From: Psammoneis japonica | Lineage: Eukaryota | Assembly: GCA_008632985.1 (NCBI GenBank) | Contig: QPGO01000174.1 | Coordinates: 1 to 64,000, forward strand | DNA: 64,000 nucleotides | Direction of reading: 5' to 3' | In this document: positions 51,867 through 62,400 of the stretch, in pieces | How the letters are laid out: every line of letters starts with the position of its first letter | Position numbering within the stretch: the first letter of the stretch is position 1 | Notes under the pieces: model-generated | The model's database searches: none | The model's input: the letters and a program-made list of their open reading frames with translations, nothing else | What the model was told of the DNA's origin: nothing | Position numbers and translations under genes: made by a program

Positions 51867-52262
51867 GATGGGTTCCAGTCCCAGGTGGGACTTTTTGTGA
51901 CATTGGGCCCACAGAATTCTGCGTGCGAGCTCCGCAGCAAAATCACCAAGCAACGCACACATGAATGATTGCCAACAGAAAAAGAGGCAATTTTGCTGAC
52001 GCATCTCCTCCTCCACACTTGAAGCACATTCTTTGCAGCATGCCCGGGTGTGTTCTTCAGACATTAAAGAATGTGCCCAGTGCGTTTGTGTTGTCACAAA
52101 CGCAGACAACAGAAAGCCTTTGGCTTCGCAAAACAGGCAGTGTGGAACAAATTTTTGTGACAGAACACGCAGAAATGTGCGCGCGAAACATGTGGCGGAT
52201 GATGACAAACAATTGTGTCACAGTTGAGCAGTGCGAGGTCTCACCCAGAGCTGGAATGCGTC
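51867..52262 (+). mobile_element. MITE copy C (396 bp) nested at the 5' end of the Gypsy gag
   Basis: Ends gatgggttccagtcccaggtgggac / gtctcacccagagctggaatgcgtc; TSD gcat on both sides. Confidence 0.85.
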
Positions 52263-52385
52263 GCATGCAAAGCACCGCGCACGGTGCTCTCAGCAAAGCT
52301 CTCACCAAATGCGACACTGCGTTTGAGGCAAAGGATGCACAACAAAGAAAGGAGAAGGAAAGAACAAGACACAGTGTGATCACAG

Positions 52386-52573
52386 TGAATGGTCTTGACA
52401 AGTTGTCGGTCCACGAGTGCTTTCTAAAAATTGTGAGAAAAGCTGTGATTGACTGCAGCCACAGTGTTTGGGTTTCTGTCGCAGAATTTCTTCGTGGTGT
52501 CAACAATCCCGGTCATTCGAATCTCCCGAATCTTGCAGCTGCTGACGCAATTATGATGCAGAAGTTTTCTTCA
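52386..52573 (-). repeat. 5' LTR (188 bp)
   Basis: Direct repeat of 46858-47041 with a 4-bp indel. Confidence 0.95.
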
Positions 52574-52669
52574 AAACCTGCCTGCGCCTGGTGCCCCGAC
52601 TGCCGGCAGACTGAATGCCGCAGCAACTGACTTTGTCTTGCCCGTCTGTCTCTGTCAGGGCTTGGGCAG

Positions 52670-54870
52670 GGAGTTGCATGAAATGTCAAAATTTTCATTT
52701 TTCCCTGCAAAAACGCACAGAATGTCAGAGAGACCTGCCTGCACGCGAGTGCCACCACAGTCTGCACGATGCTGCGAAAGTTTGTGCACTTGCCACCAAA
52801 ACGCTGCTCGCACTTTTTGCCAGGGGATGTGCCACAGACACACAACATTCGAAGCATTTGGCTGCAGGACAAATCCTGTGTTTTTGGGGCTCTGTTTGAT
52901 TTGACAAAATGTCGAAATTCCATGGAAGGTTTCTCAACAATTGCCTTTTTTCCCAACTGGTGCTGAGACAAAATGCCCCCAGAAATGCAGGTGGTTGTGT
53001 CTTCACCAGACCCCGCCAAAATTTCTCGTTTGAGAAGACAACCCACTGGATGGAGTGAGAATGTTTGAATGATGTTGCACAGTGCGTGAAAAATGACAAC
53101 CTGCGCTCACTCAATTGGGTTGGCATGGTGACATGAAGCACTGAAATGAACGACAAAACGGTGTGACAATCGATGATGACGACACCTGCCTTCTATCGGT
53201 GCCTGCCTGTGAGCTCATTTTCTGCTGTGTTCAAATTTGCATGTCCATGCACACATCACAAGCAGTTGCTGCTGTGTGAGCACATCACGTTGTCACGGCG
53301 TTTCTGCATGCATGATGACACGCATGGCACCGTGCGACTGCAAGAGACGCCGTTGAGTTCCCTTCTCGATCCCGAACTCCGATTTGAACCAGTCACGACT
53401 GTCTCAACCTCATCGCTTCGTGCGACAGCACAGATTTCAAATTCAAACCCGCCAAATGGCTCCAACCGCCAAAACCAAAAAAGGCCTCTTGGGGGGGGAC
53501 TGGGGCTAGAGACTGTTTTGGATTGTTGTTGTTCAAGATTCCCTTGCATGCCGTTCCAAAAGCGTTCCGAGAACGTTCTCACATGCACTGATTCGCGCCG
53601 AAATCAAACTTTGGAGCCGGTCAATTCGCCAATGAGACATGTGATGCATTGCAATTGGTGCACTGTTGTTGGAACTGTTTGAGTGTGGCACAACAGTGTA
53701 AAAGTTTAACAGATTATGTGGATTTATTGCAAAAAGGTACACCCGTCAAAACAGGTTTCTATTTTCTCTAAGAAAAAGAACGGCTGGCAGAAGTCTCAAC
53801 AATTTTGAGTTACAGTGGCTGTGGGTTGAACCACAAGGGTGTGTTGTAACTGCTGGCATTGTTTGACAATAAACCACATCTGCAACAACCGCCAACAGCT
53901 CCAACACGGAAACACCATTCGACGAAATGGGCATTTCGTCATTCCCGTGTTTCCACCGTTCCGGGACCGCACCAAAAGCGTTCCAAAACCGCACCAAAAG
54001 CGTTCCCGAAGGGAATCTCTCTAAAAGGCCTGACATCAAAACATTGTTTTTAGACGTTGGAAACGAATGAGAACCCTGCCCGACAACACATGGAACCATC
54101 AATCCACCTGCGGCAACAAAAACACTGCTGCATGGCAACAGCGCGGCATCAATCATTTGAGCACAATGTAAAATGACAAATGCGCAACACACGACTGTGC
54201 CACTCACCACGCAAATGCGCCTGCCCAGAGCCACAGTGGATTGTCTTGCAAGGACAGTCATTCAGAGGCAGACAAGATCGGAATGGATTTGGAACCAATG
54301 GGTTCGCGTCACACTTGAGCACTTTGCAGGACATGCAGCAGTGTGCGAGTTGTGGGGCCTTCTTCAAGATGAAGGCAACCTTTCTCATGGGTTCCTGCCC
54401 ACTCACTTGTTGTGTGCCCTTGTTTTCTGAATCTGCATTGTTCTGAAACCATTTTGCCAGGAATCTGTGGTGGAGCACACGAAGACACGATAAGAAAATG
54501 GTTTTGTGTCGGAACAGAGTCAACCGCAAATCTGCACTTGTTGCGCACCATCATTCCAATCTCTTTTTGAAAATCAACGCACTGGCATTGGCTTCACCAT
54601 CTTGTCATCTTAGATTGACTGGCAACACAGGTTTGCGGATGACAATGGCATGCACGGTGATGGTGGACGGCACTGACTTTCGCTTCGCATCAACGAACCA
54701 TCAACGCGTTCGCCGTTCGACCCCATCTAATCTGGTGTCTGGTGTTCGCATGTTCATAGCCCTAAATGCAACGTTTTAGGGGATGTGTAAAATGAATTAT
54801 CGTAACGAAAAAACACGAAAAACCACGAAAAACAGGGAAAAACGAAAATTTCGACATTTCATGCAACTCC
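52670..54870 (+). mobile_element. TIR DNA transposon containing a PIF/Harbinger-ISL2EU-like transposase remnant
   Basis: About 38-bp TIR ggagttgcatgaaatgtc(a/g)aaattttc(a/g)tttttccctg at both ends; 3-bp flank cag on both sides. 54300-54690: 'HFAG...VCELW.LL...PTHLLCALVF' and 'CTVMVDGTDFR'. The remnant could belong to a nested element. Confidence 0.75.
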
Positions 54871-55137
54871 CAGGGGGGAGACACAGACGGATGTTTTTAT
54901 TGCCATATCATACCGTGTGAAATTATTCATACGGTGTATGTACTGTACCGTACGGCACGTAGGGTGTAGGGCCCTATACCAGGTAGCTAGCTATAGGTAA
55001 CGAAGCACGATGGCGGCTTGAAACCAAAACTCTCTTCCTCTTTTACCGATTTACAATACTGTAAAGTACCTCTGGATACATCGTAGGACCCGGCAGGAAA
55101 GTCACTTCATTTGCAGGAGAAAAGAGTAGCTGAAATT

Positions 55138-56476
55138 ATGACCGATCCATTGCGATGCGTCAAGAGAAAACTGTTGTTTCCAATGATCGTGTGGGTTTTC
55201 ATCTGCATTCGCAGATTCAGTCTAAGTCACTCTCGCTTAATGGCGCAGTTTTCCCCGTCAGGTTTCGTCGACCATCAATCCATAATTGCAAGTGGATCAT
55301 CAGTGTCGTACAGCAAGAACATTTCGATTGTTGTGGGGTTGCGCGGCGAAATGGGAAATCAGATCTCCAGAATAGCGTTCGCTCGTGCAGTGCAGCTGTG
55401 GGCCCGAGACGACTTTGGGATTCACAACACTGAGCTTATCATTAAAGCAGAGAACGCACAAGGAGATTGGTACAAGACTCATGTTGAAGAATCAATGGTG
55501 ACGACGAAACGATGTTTCCCAAATATGCAGCAATACGATTTTGGAGCTGGCAACACAGAAGAAGTAGCAGCTGCCTTTGCGCAGCAATTGGAGTGGCTAG
55601 GAGAAGCTAATGCATCTCGACTTTCTCTTTTAGAAGATTCTTGTTTTGATGAAAATTGCCTTAACGATGCTCTCCGGTATCTGAAGACGCTGTTACAAGC
55701 CCCACCTCATCCATCCAACACCAACGCATCAATATCGATCCCGATATTGCTAGCATCACAATATAGCAATTATGCATTTGTGGTGATGGACAGATACTAC
55801 CAAGAGTTTCGGAACCTGTTTGTGTTCGATGAAGAAGTGTGTTGTAAACTACGACCGGATCCAGACGAGAGTGTGTTTGTAAGTTTCATATATTTATCAA
55901 CAAAAAATGCTGGCGTTAATGTTATCTTATCACGTCCGTGCGATTTTCCAGCACTTTCGAAATTTCAAGCGTGAATTGAAGTCGAGATCGAATGATTTAG
56001 GTTATGTAGAATTGAGCCCGAACAAAACAGCCTATGAATTGTTTGGCCATTTACGGCCAGGTGACAAGGTCGCGATAACTACACGATTCGGTGGAGACGC
56101 AGCGCAGAAATATGTTTCCGCGCTTGAATCACGTGGTTTGGTTGTTCGCTTGGTCAAGGGACAGTCGGCAGTTGAAGATTTCTGCTTCCTTCTCTCTGCG
56201 CAAAAGGAACTAGTAGGAATGGCAATGTCCACCTTCACTATTTGGGCAGGTTACATTGGCCATGCAAAACGAGTCGTTTGGTATTCCATGGATACTCCAT
56301 CTCGTCGTCGACGCTTTGGTGACAAACTGTTTGAGCACTACAATTGGACAGATCCTCAACTGAAACAAAGGGTGATTTTTCAGCTGTACAAGTCTGAAGA
56401 AGCAGAGAAACTTGATACAAAATTGAGACTCGAAAGGGGATCGCCGCCCTTGATCAAATCGCGCACGGCATTCTAA
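55138..56476 (+). CDS. Alpha-1,2-fucosyltransferase-like (GT11-like) gene; exons 55138-55878 and 55952-56476
   Basis: N-terminal TM and 'LRGEMGNQ'. A 73-bp intron gtaagt...ttttccag joins 'PDPDESVF' to 'HFRNF' in frame. Also 'DFCFL' and 'STFTIWA'. Normal TpA. Confidence 0.8.
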
Positions 56477-57069
56477 TCACATTGAACAAGTCTTCTCGTT
56501 GTCATAAGTCTTCAGGTGTACGACGTTAAATCTTCCAAAATAAACTTCTTAACGAAAGTGATTGTACCAAGACACTTTGAATAGAAACTCAAAATTGCTG
56601 GAAAACCAGGGTGGCTGGCATTGAATGTTGAAAAATGCACTCAGCCCTGAACAAAAACAATGTGTTGTGAATTGCACATGAAACAGACACTTTGGAAAAA
56701 CACATCAAACAAAATGAGCGAGTTTGTGTGATGCGCTGTTTTGGCGGCAAATTGAAAAAAAGAAAATCCACGCACTTTGCTGCAATCCCAAAAATGGCAT
56801 GAACCATCAAACATGACAGTCATCCATGTTGCCAGTGGCTCCACCACCTGCTGCCACAGCAGCGCCACCCCAGTTGCAGAGCCATGCACACATGCCTGTT
56901 GGCTGTGTGACCATCGTCCACTGGGAGGGTCAACGTGCAGCAGCACACAAGGTGACAAGTTCATTCACAAGCCATTGCATTGCAAAGTGAGAGAAGTGAG
57001 GAGTGAGAGGCATGGAGGGGTGGGACTGATGGCATGGTCAATGCTCTTTGGCAGGCCTGGTTGCATTTA

Positions 57070-57700
57070 GGGCCCTGTGCTGGAGAGAATTTGTGATGAC
57101 AGACACACACCTTGTCGCCACAATTTGCCGATGCTTTTGGTTGTAAATTGATGAATGGAAAACAGATGTTTGATTTTTGTGTGCAAGAGTTTCTGAGTCA
57201 TTCCAGCCACATTGTCACCAAAACAAGTGTCACAACCATTTGGCAAAGACTGCTGCTGCCACTTGAAGATTGGGTGCACAGAGCAACCCTCACAACTTCC
57301 GAAATCTTGTTGATTGCCAACAACACTTTTCCATTGCATCTTGTCAATTTCTTGGCAACTGTGGTGTGATTTGCTCACTTGACTTTGTCAGAGCCATTGA
57401 TGTCTCTCTTTGTTCTGGAGCCTGAAATGGGCAATGGCTTTGCAGCAATTTTTGTTGATTTTTGCAATGAGCACCATGGGTCCATGGTTGCTTGCACAAC
57501 TGCAATGTTTGACATGATTCGATGCAGTTGTGAGTGCCAACACACTTGCTTGTTTGACCCAAGCAGTGCAATGAAAACCAGTTGTTGGAAATGACTTGTT
57601 GTGTGCACATGACAAGTGTGTGCCAAGATGCACGTGGCACAAACAGATGATGATTTTAACACATGGTTGCTGTTTGCCATTGTGCATTTTAATTGGTTGG
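57070..57700 (-). mobile_element. Possible hAT-like transposase remnant
   Basis: 'LLGSNK..CWHSQ..IM' resembles TRWNSxxxM. Weak support. Confidence 0.3.
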
Positions 57701-57958
57701 CATTCTCATGGACAATTCACAGCCACAAAATCACTCATTGCTCCTCTCACTTTTCTCACAAAATCACACTTGTGACACCACTTGCACACCCTCTCTGAAA
57801 AAGACACACCACTCACAACCATGGCTGCAGCCATTGCTTTTAACACCTGTCTTGATGGGACAGTTTTTGCAGCAGGAGCCCAGAGCTGCACTGTCACCCA
57901 AGGCTTTGCTGCCATTGAAGACTTGTGTCAAGTGCCTTCCTCTAAGATTGGCGACATG

Positions 57959-58405
57959 TGCAGCATGCATGCAGACAAAAGGTTGTTTTTGTCACGCCCT
58001 TTGTGACATTTAAAGGCTGCAACACATTGCCGTGATGCATCAACTCTTGTCAGCAGCTGTGTGTTGCACTCCTCCCCATGTGTCACGCGTCCGTGCGGTT
58101 CTTTACCAACGTGTGCTGACACTGCACGTTTTTGGCAGAACAGTGTGGGTGCGCACGAAGGAACATGCAGAACTGCACAGAGTTTTGCGCGTTCGACAGT
58201 GATCAATGTTGCTGCAGACAACTCCCACTCAGGGTTTCGAACCCCTGGCCTCCTGCCTGATGGTTGCGATGAACCACTCCGCTGTGAAGTCACAATGCAG
58301 CATGCATGCAGACAAAAGGTTGTTTTTGTCACGCCCTTTGTGACATTTAAAGGCTGTGACACGTCGCCGTGATGCATTGGCTCTCATTGGCAGCTGTGTG
58401 TTGCA
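57959..58405 (-). mobile_element. TRIM-like mini LTR element (447 bp) inserted in the Copia gag
   Basis: 110-bp direct repeats 57959-58068 and 58296-58405 (TG..CA); PPT ggggaggag (58069-77, minus); TSD catg. Host reads 'KIGDM|IKGF' across it. Confidence 0.85.
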
Positions 58406-59381
58406 CATGATCAAGGGATTTTGCAAGGACACATTCAATGATGATGTGGCCAACTTTCCCCACTTGGCAGTCAGGAAGTTTTCAATTCACTGTGCACATG
58501 TCTGGGCTGTTGGGCCATCAGGAGTCAGCCTCTGCAAGCTCAGGTGTTTGTGGGCAGCAACATGATTGCTGCATGGGCTGACTGCCTTGCCAAGTTGCAC
58601 AACATTCATGGGAACAAATTGGAAGATGGTGCCACCACTGTGACCCCTCTTGCTTGGATGCACAGTTTTTTCAAGTGAGAGGAGCTTTTTGGGCTAAACT
58701 CCAGCACCATCACAATGCTGTGACCAGAGCACTGCCACTGGGCATCATTTGTAAAGAGTCAGACATTGCTGGTTGGATGGATTTGTGCTGTCACGTGCAA
58801 CACCATCCATGAAGACTTGACTGCTGCTGTGACCAAGCATGATGCACAGGCCTGTGGGACTGTGTGTGTGGCAGGTCAAAGGAGCCAATCATTGAAGGAC
58901 CTGGGTGGGCCTTCATCAAACCATTTGAGGGTTGCACCTGGAATGGACAAGAAGCCTTTTTGGCTTTAAAGAGGCCAGGCAGGCAAAGGCTTGGCTGCCA
59001 CTGCCACTTGGAAGAACTGCGCATGTGCTCAGACAGCAACCGCAAAGTGCACTGGGGGCTGCCATGCTTTTGACCAGCACACTCAGCACTGGCAGAGGGC
59101 TCACAATGATCTCCTCAACCTGAAGGGGCCTGTGGCTGACACCAAGAAGGTCGCTGTTTTTCTCAAAGGGTGGGGTGCTGACCCTCAATTGAAGCTGGCA
59201 AGAACGTCGTGAATGGCAACAAAATGCCAAGCTCTTGAGTTTTGAGTTTTGCCAGCAGCACATGAAGACCGCTGTTGAGAACACCAACAATGCCATGGAC
59301 AAGCAGTGCACTGTTGGCTCAGTTCAGAATGAATGTGATCCCAAGAAGAGGGGAAATCTGAACAGGAAGAAATGGGACAAG

Positions 59382-59491
59382 TGCAACACACAGCTGCTGA
59401 TGAGAGTCAATGCATCACGGCGATGTGTTGCAGCCTTCAAATGTCACAAAGGGCGTGACAAAAATGACCTTTTGTCTGCATGCACACTGCA
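59382..59491 (+). mobile_element. Solo LTR of the TRIM, opposite orientation
   Basis: Reverse complement of the 110-bp repeat; TSD caag on both sides. Confidence 0.85.
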
Positions 59492-62400
59492 CAAGCCCAG
59501 GATTGGGGCCAGACACCATCCAAAGGAGGGCCAATGGCCAGATCTGGAGTTGCAAGTGCAAGCCAAAGTTGAAGAGCTCCACAAGAACAGCATTGAGCCT
59601 GAGCCTGAGGAGCTGACAGCTGAGGCCATGGGCAGAGCCGATGCTGGCATGCAGCTCAGGAGGGTGGTGCACAAGCCCAGGCCTTTGGTTGAAGATGCAA
59701 TTGAGCATGAACCCTTGAAGGAGAAAACTGATCAGGAATGATTGGCTGCACTGACAAGCAAGAGGACTCTTGCAGTGTCACCTGTTGACAACAGCAGTCC
59801 TTGTCTGACTCGCTCATGTGGTGTGTGTCTGTCGGCACTGCTCCTGCCAGCTTCACGTCAGTTTGCTTTGCATGTGCAGTTCAGTGCACCTCAAACTCAG
59901 TCAACACTGAATCTTCAGACAAAGTGTCGTGCAACAAGCTTGACTGACGCATGGATGGTGCATGCATTGCTGGCTCAGCTCAAGCCCCATTTTCTGATCA
60001 CAACCACACCATTTTCAGTGCGGCCATGCTCTGACAAGTGTGAGCCAGTTCACAATGTTCCCACACAGTCAGCTGCCACATTGGTGCTGCATGAGGCCAT
60101 GACCATGCATTTTGGGGGCTGAGTGAAGAACTCGTTGACATGTCCCAACCAATTGAGAGCCAATGGCACAACTTTGGATGGCGGTCCAAAGCAGTTTGAC
60201 AGCATGAGCTCACACTTGATCTCATTCCCAGACTCAAAAGTCTGGACTCCACTCCTGGAGGAACTGCCATGTCTGGAACTCACATCCAATGAGTTTGCAC
60301 AGAACAAGGATGTTGTTGAGTTGAAGCTCAACACTGTTGGCAGTTTGTCTCAATCCTTGGGGCTCAGCCCAAAGGGGGAGCACAGGGTTGCGAATGAAGC
60401 GTGCTGCATTTCTGTGACCTGGCCATGCAATGACTGGTGACGACTCCATGCCATGCAAGTGCGTGGCAGCCAATGCAACCATTTTCCACCTCAACTTTGA
60501 AAGGGGACAGCCTGCATGACAAATGTGAACAAGATGTGCACAAGGATTGTGAGAAGCATGTGCAGGTGTTCACACTCTCAACCTCTGAAAGCATGTCCAC
60601 TCTCACACACAATGTTTTGTCCAGACATTGGGGCACTGGCCCAACTGCCACAAAGAACATGCTCAGGGTGACAACTGAAGCCAGAGTCAGGAATCTGTGT
60701 GCACCATCCAAGAGGAAGGTGTGGAAGAAGGCTCCTTGGCTCAAGTTCCTGATTGTGAATGACGAGTTTTGCATGAACCAAATTTTCTCAAAGGTCAAAT
60801 CAATTCATGAGGACATTGCTGGCTCAATTTTCAAAAAACAGCAGAGAACATGGCTGACCATTTCTGCCCTTGGGAGCTGATGCTGCCCAGGGGTGGCAAG
60901 CTCCTTCGTGCAAAGGTCAAGAGTTGCAAACCTGATTTGGGTGGAGTGCCAATTGGGGCCAGGAATTCCAGACTTGTCCCAGACTCAGGTGTGCTCACAC
61001 ACAAAAAGATGCCCCTTTTTGCATGAAACACGCAGTCCAAACTTTTGGTGCAATTTTCAATGGTTGAAATGCAATGATTTTCAAATGTGTTGTTGTGGGC
61101 ACACACAGAAAGGTCTTGTGCATGCACCCATGCACTTGAAAGTGAGAATGGACTGAGTTGTTGATTTCCAAATTGTGCCGCATGATCAGAGCTTGGTTTT
61201 CTGATGTGCAATTTGCAACTGTGGTCATGTGTGGAGAGCTGATCGTTTCCTCCCGAGTGACTGCAAATGACCACATTTTGCGTTTGACTTTTACATTTCA
61301 TGTGTGCAAAGCATGTGGTCATTGTCCAAAGAGACATTTCTCAGATGAACAATTTCATGTTGAAGCATGTCCAAATTAAACACGAAATGACAGTGCCCAG
61401 CTTGGGGTGACAGACACATCAGATGCAGATGCAGGGTCATGCCATTGGCGTCAAACAGCAGCATTGGGACCCAGTTGATCCCATCTGGAACAGCCCATGG
61501 CAGTGGAAGGCACCCATTTTGACAGAAGTTAAACAGGGGCAAAGTCATCACACTAAAGTTGGTCCTCTGCGCAGAGCTCCGCATGTGTTTGTCTGTCTGT
61601 TGCCAGTTTGTGCCAACATTTGGGGGAATGAAAGAGCTGCCAGTGTCTGCGTCCCAAGTGACCAATCATTGGAGACAAAGCAACAATGTCTGCTCTGCCT
61701 GCAGAGCAACAAGAGACAACAGCCAAGCATGTGGCAGCTCGCAGACACAGTCATTGAAGAGACGGACCGATTGAGTGGGAGATTCATGCGCACACAGAAG
61801 CACAATTTTCTCATGTGATTTTAGATTTTTGTTTCCACTGAATGCAAAAAAAAACGTTTGGGAGGAAACTGTTGATGCCACATTAAAAGTCTTTTTAAAA
61901 ATGCTTGAGCACAACTTGCTCTCAACGGATTAAATCAAACATGTGTTGATTTGCAAGTTTCAGAAGACGTGAGAAGAAGTGAAGCTCAGCCTGCACAATG
62001 TCATCAACTTTGGACCCTTTTTCACTGTTCCATTGGCATGGGTGACTCACGCACTTGCATCAGTTGATGCCATGGAGGAAATGTGCATGGAGGTGGGAAA
62101 AAAATGGTCCTTGGAGGCAGATTGTGAGTGAGCTGAGGCTCAATTGTTGGCGCTGACAGTTTTGGTCTTCTTGTGCCATGCCGCAGCCTGCATCAAGCAT
62201 TTTCATCATTGTGGCAGATGCCACAGACTGCATCAAATGCTGCGGTTGGTTGAAAAAAGTGGGCCATCATGGTTGCTAAAAGTCACAGCCATTTTGGCAG
62301 TCAGTTGGCTCAAATTTAGTGACTGATGGATGGGATCTTCAGGTTGAATGGAAGGATGGCATGTCCAACTGGCACAAATGAGATTGCTGGTGAGCCAGCT

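Larger units (their letters stand above)
46858..52573 (-). mobile_element. Full-length Ty3/Gypsy LTR retrotransposon, hypermutated
   Basis: LTRs 46858-47041 and 52386-52573 (TG..CA); 5-bp TSD aaacc (46853-57 and 52574-78); PPT ggaagggaagag next to 47041. Order: gag (51860-50990, 'CWLH....HLWQNCRENP'), protease 'FDSGS..DVILGLDFL', RT, RNase H 'IYTDAS', integrase 'VAIDSIGPW..HDKGGEF', 'GPF'. Confidence 0.95.

Noticed and set aside
55907..56476. Separate gene downstream of 55111-55974
   Set aside because: It is exon 2 of a single gene, joined by the 55879-55951 intron.
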